Positions 38,068 through 45,433 of a stretch of DNA of 64,000 nt are shown here, one piece after another; within the stretch, counting starts at the first letter, position 1, and each line of letters opens with the position of its first letter. Origin of the DNA: an uncultured Spirochaetaceae bacterium (GTDB taxonomy: Bacteria; Spirochaetota; Spirochaetia; Sphaerochaetales; Sphaerochaetaceae); assembly GCA_944392965.1 (NCBI GenBank), contig CALXYM010000011.1, positions 738 through 64,737 on the forward strand, written 5' to 3'. The notes under the pieces are model-generated. The model saw nothing but the letters and a program-made list of their open reading frames with translations, had not been told where the DNA came from and searched no databases. The position numbers and the translations under genes are program-made.

Positions 38068-39382
38068 TTTCACTGTCGAAAAACTTGGAGAAGCGAAGCT
38101 CAACTCTCCGATAAGAATGGGAACCAAGCAAGGAGACGGGATATCCGATTATGTCTCCGATGATGACAGAATTCTCTATGATCTCGATACTGAGGTCGTC
38201 GGAGGTAAGACCGTTCCAAAGAATTCCGATTCTCTGGAACTTGCAGGGCCAAGGGAGAAGATATACTTCAATCCAAGTCATGTTCATGCCGCAATCTGTA
38301 CATGTGGTGGTATCTGCCCTGGATTGAATAACGTCATAAGGGCGGTTGTCCGCTGCCTGTGGTATCGTTACGGGGTAAGAAGGATTTCCGGAATCCAGTA
38401 TGGGTACCTTGGACTTCTGGAGAACTCTCCATGGCCTCTCATTCCGCTTGATCCGGATGTTGTCGATGATATCCAGGAAAAAGGTGGTACGATCCTCGGT
38501 TCTGCAAGAGGTGGTGGAAAGCAGGTTGAGGAGATCGTGGATTCTCTTGAAAGGCTGAACATCAACATCCTTATCTCAATCGGAGGAGATGGAACTCTCC
38601 GCGGTGCATATGATATCGGAGAGGAGATTAAAAAGAGGGGGCTCAAGATCGCAGTTGTCGGTGTTCCGAAAACGATTGATAACGACCTCTCGTTCATCGA
38701 TTCTTCCTTTGGCTTCGATACTGCAGTTGCAAGTGCTGTTCCTTCCGTGCGTGGTGCTCACGTTGAGGCAAAGAACAGTATTAATGGAATCGGACTTGTA
38801 AAGGTCATGGGTAGGGAATCCGGATTCATCGCGGCTTCCACAGCTCTTGCCCAGTCTGATGTCAATTTCTGTCTTATTCCTGAATCTCCGTTTGATCTCA
38901 CGGGTCCAAACGGCTTCTTCGAGCACCTCAAGAACAGAATTCTTGACAGAGGCCACGCAGTCATCCTTGTAGCAGAGGGAGCGGGGCAGAACCTTGTACC
39001 TCCTACGGGAAAGGTTGACGCTTCAGGTAATAAGAAATATCAGGATATCGGACTCTTTTTGAAGGATGAGATTGGAAAGTATTTTGCAGAGCAGGGTATC
39101 CCTACATCGATAAAATACATCGATCCCTCTTATATAATCCGTTCAACTCCTGCAAACAGCTATGATTCAATTTACTGTGCCCGTCTGGGAGCCCATGCGG
39201 TACACGCTGCAATGGCAGGAAAGACGCAGTGCATAGCATCCAGGGTGAACAACCAGTTCGTATATCTGCCGATAAAGGTTGCCGTCTCAAAGCGCAGTCA
39301 TGTTGAGATCGAAGGTTCTCTCTGGCGCGATGTTCTTGAGAATACGAGACAGCCATACAGCATGCTTAATTCACAGCATTAA
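38054..39382 (+). CDS. pfk: 6-phosphofructokinase, long PfkA-family form (phosphoryl donor uncertain)
   Basis: CTCGGICPGLNNVIR, SIGGDGTLRGA, VGVPKTIDNDL and MGRESGFIA motifs. The start is set at the second ATG, 6 nt after AGGAGG (the track ORF begins at 38006). Confidence 0.85.
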   Translation: MAQYDFTVEKLGEAKLNSPIRMGTKQGDGISDYVSDDDRILYDLDTEVVGGKTVPKNSDSLELAGPREKIYFNPSHVHAAICTCGGICPGLNNVIRAVVRCLWYRYGVRRISGIQYGYLGLLENSPWPLIPLDPDVVDDIQEKGGTILGSARGGGKQVEEIVDSLERLNINILISIGGDGTLRGAYDIGEEIKKRGLKIAVVGVPKTIDNDLSFIDSSFGFDTAVASAVPSVRGAHVEAKNSINGIGLVKVMGRESGFIAASTALAQSDVNFCLIPESPFDLTGPNGFFEHLKNRILDRGHAVILVAEGAGQNLVPPTGKVDASGNKKYQDIGLFLKDEIGKYFAEQGIPTSIKYIDPSYIIRSTPANSYDSIYCARLGAHAVHAAMAGKTQCIASRVNNQFVYLPIKVAVSKRSHVEIEGSLWRDVLENTRQPYSMLNSQH

Positions 39383-39389
39383 CCTCTAA

Positions 39390-39421
39390 GGGACGTTGCT
39401 TCAAGGCACGTCCCTTTTTTT
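39390..39421 (+). terminator. Rho-independent terminator after pfk
   Basis: GGGACGT-tgcttcaaggc-ACGTCCC stem-loop followed by TTTTTTT. Confidence 0.7.
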
Positions 39422-39576
39422 CAAAGGATGTGACCTTTCCTGTATTCTTTCGGGGTCATTCCTGTAAGTAGTTTGAACTGATGGGAGAACGTGTAAAGGT
39501 CAGGATATCTGAGAGATGTACTGATGTCCCATCGAAAGTAGCTATTTTGCGTTCCTCCAATTATTTTATAATTGGA
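39421..39576 (-). pseudogene. C-terminal remnant of an AraC-family regulator
   Basis: Own minus-strand translation gives ...SNYKIIGGTQNSYFRWDISTSLRYPDLYTFSHQFKLLTGMTPKEYRKGHIL*. This is the second HTH of an AraC domain (F..FK...G.TP.EYRK). An upstream in-frame stop is present and there is no start codon. Confidence 0.5.
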
Positions 39577-39637
39577 CTATAAATGAAGCTGGGAAAGAGT
39601 ATTACACTGCAAAAATAAAGGCTTTTTCTGCTATCAT

Positions 39638-40399
39638 GTGATTATGAATATCAGCTGGGACAGCAATAACTATAAGGATAACTTCTCTTTTGTTCCTTCC
39701 TATGGAATGGATGTCATGAATCTCATTCAAAAAGGACGGGATTCCACTGCCTTGGATCTTGGGTGTGGAAATGGTCGTCTCACAAATGAGCTTGAAAAGA
39801 AAGGTTTTCGTGTGATCGGGCTTGATCAGTCGAATGAGATGCTTTCACTTGCAAGAAGAGACTATCCTGGGATCATTTTCATCGAAGGTGATGCCGTTTC
39901 CTTCTCTCTCAAGGAAAAAGTGGATTTAATCTTTTCAAATGCGGTTCTTCATTGGATCGATGAGGATAAGCAGCCTGCTTTAATCGAGAACATCGCCTCT
40001 AATCTGAAAGACGGAGGAGAGCTTGTCCTTGAAATGGGTGGAAAAGGGTGTGCAGAGACCGTGCATTCGACCCTTGAGGGAATATTCAGCGAAAAGGGAC
40101 TGGAATATAAGAGGTCATTCTATTTCCCATCCATCGGGGAGTATACCTCGATAATAGATTCTCATGGATTGAAAACCGATTATGCGATCCTCTTTGACCG
40201 TCCGACAGTACAGAAGAATCCTGATGGCCTTGTCGACTGGATAAAGATGTTTAATAAGGCTCCTTTCGAGGGCCTTGCTGAAGATGTGAAGGAGAATATC
40301 TATGAGGAGGCACGTATCAGGCTTAAGGACAGTCTTTACCATAATGGTTCATGGATCATAGATTATGTCCGCCTACGTATAAGGGCACACAAGAGCTGA
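39638..40399 (+). CDS. Class I SAM-dependent methyltransferase
   Basis: Motif I ALDLGCGNGRLT and a post-I acidic residue (IGLDQS), in a 253-aa ORF. An ATG at 39644 is an alternative start. Confidence 0.8.
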   Translation: MIMNISWDSNNYKDNFSFVPSYGMDVMNLIQKGRDSTALDLGCGNGRLTNELEKKGFRVIGLDQSNEMLSLARRDYPGIIFIEGDAVSFSLKEKVDLIFSNAVLHWIDEDKQPALIENIASNLKDGGELVLEMGGKGCAETVHSTLEGIFSEKGLEYKRSFYFPSIGEYTSIIDSHGLKTDYAILFDRPTVQKNPDGLVDWIKMFNKAPFEGLAEDVKENIYEEARIRLKDSLYHNGSWIIDYVRLRIRAHKS

Positions 40400-40591
40400 T
40401 TTTGATGATTATAGTAAATCGGGTTTTGTCCTCATCTGTTTTTGAAGGCAAAACAAGAGTGGATGATAAGAGAAGATCTTTATGATTTTTCTTTACTTGA
40501 TTGAGAGGTACCCTGTTATCATTCTCCCTTTTCTGCTAAAATCCTTTACAGCTCCTGAGGCGGAAAAATCTTTTGAGGCAGAAGGTGACTT

Positions 40592-40837
40592 ATGGATACT
40601 CGCATAGCCGTCATCGGCATAATCGTTGAGAAGGAGGACTCGGTTGAGAGACTTAACCAGATTCTCCATGATTACCGTAAATATATTATCGGAAGGATGG
40701 GTGTTCCCTACAGGGAACGCGGCATAAACATCATCAGCATCGCAGTTGATGCCCCTCAGGATGAGATATCATCCCTTTCGGGGAAAATCGGAAAGCTCGA
40801 TGGCATAAGTGCTAAGACCGCCTATTCCTCCTTATGA
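40592..40837 (+). CDS. TM1266-family iron-only hydrogenase system regulator (ACT/NikR-C-like)
   Basis: 81-aa ORF, MDTRIAVIGIIVEKEDSVERLNQILHDYRKYIIGRMGVPYRERGINIISIAVDAP, immediately upstream of and overlapping hydE. Confidence 0.75.
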   Translation: MDTRIAVIGIIVEKEDSVERLNQILHDYRKYIIGRMGVPYRERGINIISIAVDAPQDEISSLSGKIGKLDGISAKTAYSSL

Positions 40838-41874
40838 TGTCACTAGCAGAAAAACTTTATAGGGAAAAGACTCTCCCATTTGAAGAATTGAAGATTCTTG
40901 TCGAAACTGAAGATGATGGGGTGATCCTTTATCTACGGTCAAGAGCAGAGGAGATCCGGGATGAGAGTTACGGAAGAAATGTGTTTCTCAGAGCCCTTAT
41001 TGAATTCACCAACTGGTGTAAGTGTGATTGTCTTTACTGTGGCATCAGGTGCTCAAACAGGCACGCAGAACGTTACCGGCTCTCGCCTGATGTTATCCTT
41101 TCTGCCGTTGAAGAAGGATATAAGCTGGGTTTCAGGACAGTCGTTCTTCAAGGTGGGGAGGATCCGTATTTCACCGATGAACGTCTTATCCCGATAATAG
41201 AGGAAATACGCTCATCATTTGATGTTCGTATCACTCTTTCCCTTGGAGAACGCAGTCGCGAGAGCTATGAAAGACTTTATAATGCTGGTGCAGGACGTTA
41301 CCTGTTGCGCCATGAGAGTATCACGGCTTCCCATTTTGCCCGCCTTCATCCTCCAAGGCAGACTCTGGATGGAAGGATTAAAGCCTTAAAAGATCTCAAG
41401 GAGATCGGTTATCAGGTGGGATGCGGTTTCATGGTTGGCTCTCCATTCCAGACGAGTGATGATATCACGAGGGATCTGCTGTTCATAAAGGAATTTACTC
41501 CTCACATGGTGGGAATAGGTCCGTTCATCGCACAGCAGGATACTCCGTTCGCCTCCTATCCGAATGGAAGTGCGAGTCTCACGTTGAAACTTCTTTCGAT
41601 AATAAGGATAATGAATCCTTTTCTCCTGCTGCCTGCGACGACAGCCCTTGCGACCGTGAGAGGAAAAGGGGAGATAGAGGGGCTTGGGTATGGAGCGAAT
41701 GTAATAATGCCGAACATCACGCCGAAGGAGGAGAGGAGGAAGTACCGTATCTATGATGATAAGGCATATGGAGGTCTGGAGGCCGCGGAGAACGTCGAAC
41801 GGCTGAAGTGGGAAGTCGGGAGATTAGGGTACTCCATACCCGTTGATTATGGAGACAGTAGAGTAGTGAACTAA
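40834..41874 (+). CDS. hydE: [FeFe]-hydrogenase maturase HydE (radical SAM)
   Basis: CKCDCLYC radical-SAM motif, BioB-like fold length (346 aa), and hydG/hydF neighbours. Confidence 0.85.
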   Translation: MMSLAEKLYREKTLPFEELKILVETEDDGVILYLRSRAEEIRDESYGRNVFLRALIEFTNWCKCDCLYCGIRCSNRHAERYRLSPDVILSAVEEGYKLGFRTVVLQGGEDPYFTDERLIPIIEEIRSSFDVRITLSLGERSRESYERLYNAGAGRYLLRHESITASHFARLHPPRQTLDGRIKALKDLKEIGYQVGCGFMVGSPFQTSDDITRDLLFIKEFTPHMVGIGPFIAQQDTPFASYPNGSASLTLKLLSIIRIMNPFLLLPATTALATVRGKGEIEGLGYGANVIMPNITPKEERRKYRIYDDKAYGGLEAAENVERLKWEVGRLGYSIPVDYGDSRVVN

Positions 41875-41941
41875 TTGACGTTTCATATGAACCGTCTGAA
41901 AGGGAAGGTTTGATACCTGACCATAAGAGGAGATAAAAGAA

Positions 41942-43360
41942 ATGTATGATCCGAGATCATTGAAAGCGGAAGAGTTCATCAATCATGATGAGATTCTTGA
42001 GACACTGAGGTATGCCGATGAGAACAAGGATAATCTTGAACTCATAGACAGCATTATCGAAAAAGCGAGGAAAAGAAAGGGGTTAAATCACAGGGAGGCA
42101 TCCGTCCTCCTTGTCTGTGAGGATAAAGAGAGGCTTGATGTGCTTTATTCTCTTGCAAAGGAGATAAAGAACGATTTCTACGGCAACAGGATCGTGATGT
42201 TCGCACCTCTTTATCTATCAAATTATTGTGTGAACGGCTGCGTATACTGTCCTTATCATCAGAAGAATAAGCATATTGCGAGAAAAAAGCTCTCTCAGGA
42301 GGAGATAAGAAGGGAGGTCATAGCCCTTGAGGACATGGGGCATAAGAGACTTGCACTTGAAACGGGAGAAGATCCTGTCAATTCCCCGATTGAGTACGTA
42401 CTTGAGAGTATCAAGACGATATATTCCATTAAGCATAAAAATGGAGCTGTAAGGAGGGTGAATGTAAATATCGCCGCGACCAGTGTAGAGAATTACAGGA
42501 AGTTGAAAGAGGCTGGTATCGGTACTTATATTCTTTTTCAGGAGACCTATCATAAGGAGAGCTATGAGAAACTGCATCCGACAGGACCAAAACATGACTA
42601 TGCATACCATACAGAGGCCATGGACAGGGCGATGGAAGGCGGCATAGATGATGTCGGACTTGGTGTTCTTTTCGGTCTTGAACTCTACAGATATGAGTTC
42701 GCAGGTCTTTTGATGCATGCAGAACATCTTGAGGCGGTACATGGTGTAGGTCCGCATACGATAAGCGTTCCCCGTATAAAGAGGGCAGATGACATAAACC
42801 CCGATGATTTTGATAACGGTATCAGTGATGAGGTATTCTTGAAGCTGATTGCATTGATAAGAATCGCAGTCCCTTATACCGGCATGATAATCTCCACCAG
42901 GGAGAATAAGAGCGTGAGAGAGCGTGCCTTGGAACTTGGAATCTCTCAGATAAGCGGAGCCTCGCGTACGAGTGTCGGAGGATACGCGGAGGAGGACAGG
43001 GACGAGGAGGATTCCTCACAATTTGATGTAAGTGATAACAGGAGCCTTGATGAGGTCGTCTCATGGCTTATGAGGAATGGACATATCCCGTCATTCTGTA
43101 CAGCCTGTTACCGTGAGGGGCGTACGGGTGACAGGTTCATGAGCCTCTGTAAGAGCGGTCAGATACAGAACTGCTGTCATCCAAACGCGCTCATGACGCT
43201 TAAGGAGTATCTGATGGATTATGCATCTTTAGAGACAAGGAACATAGGAGAGGCTCTTATTGAGAAGGAGCTTGAGAACATCCCGAAAGAGAATGTGAAA
43301 AACATCACGAAGGAGCGTCTTGAGCGGATTGAGAAAGGTGAACGTGATTTCAGATTTTAG
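41942..43360 (+). CDS. hydG: [FeFe]-hydrogenase maturase HydG (radical SAM tyrosine lyase)
   Basis: CVNGCVYC radical-SAM motif plus a C-terminal auxiliary cluster motif, CTACYREGRTGDRFMSLCKSGQIQNCC. Confidence 0.9.
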   Translation: MYDPRSLKAEEFINHDEILETLRYADENKDNLELIDSIIEKARKRKGLNHREASVLLVCEDKERLDVLYSLAKEIKNDFYGNRIVMFAPLYLSNYCVNGCVYCPYHQKNKHIARKKLSQEEIRREVIALEDMGHKRLALETGEDPVNSPIEYVLESIKTIYSIKHKNGAVRRVNVNIAATSVENYRKLKEAGIGTYILFQETYHKESYEKLHPTGPKHDYAYHTEAMDRAMEGGIDDVGLGVLFGLELYRYEFAGLLMHAEHLEAVHGVGPHTISVPRIKRADDINPDDFDNGISDEVFLKLIALIRIAVPYTGMIISTRENKSVRERALELGISQISGASRTSVGGYAEEDRDEEDSSQFDVSDNRSLDEVVSWLMRNGHIPSFCTACYREGRTGDRFMSLCKSGQIQNCCHPNALMTLKEYLMDYASLETRNIGEALIEKELENIPKENVKNITKERLERIEKGERDFRF

Positions 43361-43369
43361 GAGAAGAGG

Positions 43370-44557
43370 ATGTCTTTGAATTCAACGCCACGCGCAGAGC
43401 GCTACCATATCGCATTCTTCGGTAATCGTAACGCGGGCAAATCAAGTCTTTTAAATGCCGTTGCAAATCAGGATCTCGCAGTAGTCTCCCCTGTGCTGGG
43501 GACGACTACTGATCCCGTGTATAAGAGCATGGAGATCCTTCCCATCGGACCATGTGTCCTTATCGATACTCCCGGTTTTGATGATGAGGGTACATTAGGG
43601 GAGATGAGAATAAAAAAGACGAGGGATGTTCTTGGAAAAGCTGATGCAGCAGTACTCGTAATAGATGGCATAACAGGTAGGAGTGAGAAGGATGATGAAC
43701 TGATCTCCATTTTTCAGGAAAGGAAGATTCCCTATATTGTCGTCTATAACAAGGAGGATGAGGTTTCAGAAAGGAAGGATGGACTCTTTTACGTCAGTGC
43801 AAAGAATAAGAGCCACATAGATGAGCTGAGGATAAAGATTTCAGAACTTAAAGCAGAGAAAGATGAGAGGCATCTGGTTTCAGATCTGATTCCGCCTCAC
43901 TCTCTTGTCGTTCTTGTGATCCCTATTGATTCTTCTGCTCCAAAAGGTCGTCTGATCCTACCTCAGCAGCAGGTGATAAGGGATATTCTTGACTCGGGAT
44001 CTTCCGTGATCGCATCAAGGGATGTAGAACTTGAAAGGACACTGGAGGAAATGAAAAGAGAGCCAGATCTCGTGATAACCGACAGCCAGGTATTCGCTCC
44101 TGTTTCAAAGATCGTACCTCAATCCATTCCCCTTACATCCTTTTCTATCCTCATGGCACGTTATAAAGGCTTTTTAGAGGAAGCCGTAAAAGGTGTGAGC
44201 AGGATAAAGGATTTAAAGGATGGTGATGACATTCTGATCGCGGAAGGATGCACACATCATAGGCAGTGTGAGGATATAGGAAGTGTGAAGATCCCATCAT
44301 GGCTGAGGAAATTCACGGGAAAGGATTTCAATTTTAATTTTTCCTCCGGTTCCGGATTCCCAGATGATTTGAGTAAATATGGCCTTATAATCCACTGTGG
44401 AGCCTGCATGCTTAATAACAGGGAAGTCCTAAGCAGAATGGAAAGGGCTATAAAGCAGCAGATTCCTTTTACAAATTACGGCATAGCGATATCCTATATG
44501 AATGGAATACTGAAACGGAGCCTTGAAATCTTTCCTGATCTTGCTGGCATTCTTTAA
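43370..44557 (+). CDS. hydF: [FeFe]-hydrogenase maturation GTPase HydF
   Basis: G1 motif GNRNAGKSS, G3 motif DTPG, and C-terminal cluster ligands EGCTHH...HCGACM. Confidence 0.9.
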   Translation: MSLNSTPRAERYHIAFFGNRNAGKSSLLNAVANQDLAVVSPVLGTTTDPVYKSMEILPIGPCVLIDTPGFDDEGTLGEMRIKKTRDVLGKADAAVLVIDGITGRSEKDDELISIFQERKIPYIVVYNKEDEVSERKDGLFYVSAKNKSHIDELRIKISELKAEKDERHLVSDLIPPHSLVVLVIPIDSSAPKGRLILPQQQVIRDILDSGSSVIASRDVELERTLEEMKREPDLVITDSQVFAPVSKIVPQSIPLTSFSILMARYKGFLEEAVKGVSRIKDLKDGDDILIAEGCTHHRQCEDIGSVKIPSWLRKFTGKDFNFNFSSGSGFPDDLSKYGLIIHCGACMLNNREVLSRMERAIKQQIPFTNYGIAISYMNGILKRSLEIFPDLAGIL

Positions 44558-44801
44558 AAACAGCCCTCAAAAGAGGGCTTTCATAAAGGAAAATTATTCA
44601 GCTTCTTAATTTGTATACAACCTTTTAATATGTATACTTTAGGTATTTTATGCTTTTAGTTACTATTGTAAGAATATTAAAAAGAATAAAATTCTTTAAA
44701 ATACCTATTTAATGTGAATTATAAGTACATTATATGCGATATATAAACATTATATTAAAAAATTAAGAAATAAAAATTTTTTAAAAATTTTTCTAAAACC
44801 T

Positions 44802-44830
44802 CTTTACAAGCTTTTTTAAAGTCGATATAT
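44802..44830 (+). promoter_or_regulatory. Orphan sigma70-type promoter in the AT-rich tract
   Basis: TTTACA (44802-44807), a 17-nt spacer, then TATATT (44825-44830), with an A/T-rich UP-like region upstream. Confidence 0.55.
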
Positions 44831-44836
44831 TACTCA

Positions 44837-44930
44837 TGGAATTAAGGAATACGCATTCCTTATTCCGAACCTCCTTTTGTTCCCCACAGAGCGGTTTACC
44901 TCCTTTTGTCCGCAGTGGGGTTTTTTATTT
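44837..44930 (+). ncRNA. Candidate ~95-nt small RNA with two exposed ACCUCCUUUUGU (anti-SD-like) motifs
   Basis: The promoter lies just upstream. There is a 5' hairpin GGAATTAAGGAAT-acgc-ATTCCTTATTCC (44837-44865). Motif 1 (44868-44879) is in the linker. The terminator stem is CCCCAC..GCGG / CCGC..GTGGGG (44881-44919), with motif 2 (44897-44908) in its loop, followed by TTTTTTATTTT. There is no ORF downstream. Confidence 0.45.
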
Positions 44931-45165
44931 TATAATGGTTTTCAAAATCTTATTTCCATAAGTATTTGTTCTGAAAACAGGATTGCCTGCGTCTTAAAAT
45001 CCAGTTCTCATTTTGGAGGGGCAGTTAAGCCCGATGTAGACTGAAATGTTTTTGCTTGTTTTCCTATGTGGGAATATTCTGGCTCTTCACGTTTTCTTAG
45101 AGGATTGAGGTCTATTTGAAGGAATGGAGATGTAGTAACCCTGAGATTAGTAACTCCTGTTTGAA

Positions 45166-45200
45166 CTAAACACTCCTCTCTATAAGGGAGGAATGTTTAG
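45166..45200 (-). terminator. Hairpin directly after the Rpn 3' fragment (possibly bidirectional)
   Basis: CTAAACA-ctCCTC...GAGG-aaTGTTTAG inverted repeat ending 3 nt from the stop at 45203. The U-tract is weak. Confidence 0.35.
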
Positions 45201-45202
45201 TT

Positions 45203-45433
45203 TTAAATATTCGCTTTCAATGTGGTAATTTCCTCTATAGGAAGATTCGTGACATTGGCAATCGTTTCTAGGGAAAGGGAGGTTGTTTTAAGAAGGTTTT
45301 CGGCTACTTCTTTTTTACCTGAGTTTTTTCCTAGGATTATTCCCTCTTCTTTTCCAATCTCTCTACCTTCTTCCCTACCTAGGGCTCTCCCTTCTTTCCT
45401 TCCTTCCATTCTCTCTTTTCTCAATAATGGGTT
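45203..45433 (-). pseudogene. Rpn-family (PD-(D/E)XK nuclease / TIGR01784 putative transposase) gene, C-terminal fragment downstream of the IscB insertion
   Basis: NPLLRKERMEGRKEGRALGREEGREIGKEEGIILGKNSGKKEVAENLLKTTSLSLETIANVTNLPIEEITTLK shows the EG-repeat plus LS.E.IA..T.L..EEI tail typical of Rpn/TIGR01784 proteins. It is in frame with the upstream fragment once 45434-46999 is removed. Confidence 0.7.

Noticed and set aside
40592-44557. HydE/G/F maturase operon without a hydrogenase structural gene, considered as an anomaly
   Set aside because: Maturase genes are frequently unlinked from hydA, and the structural gene may simply lie outside this window. This is not evidence of anything unusual.
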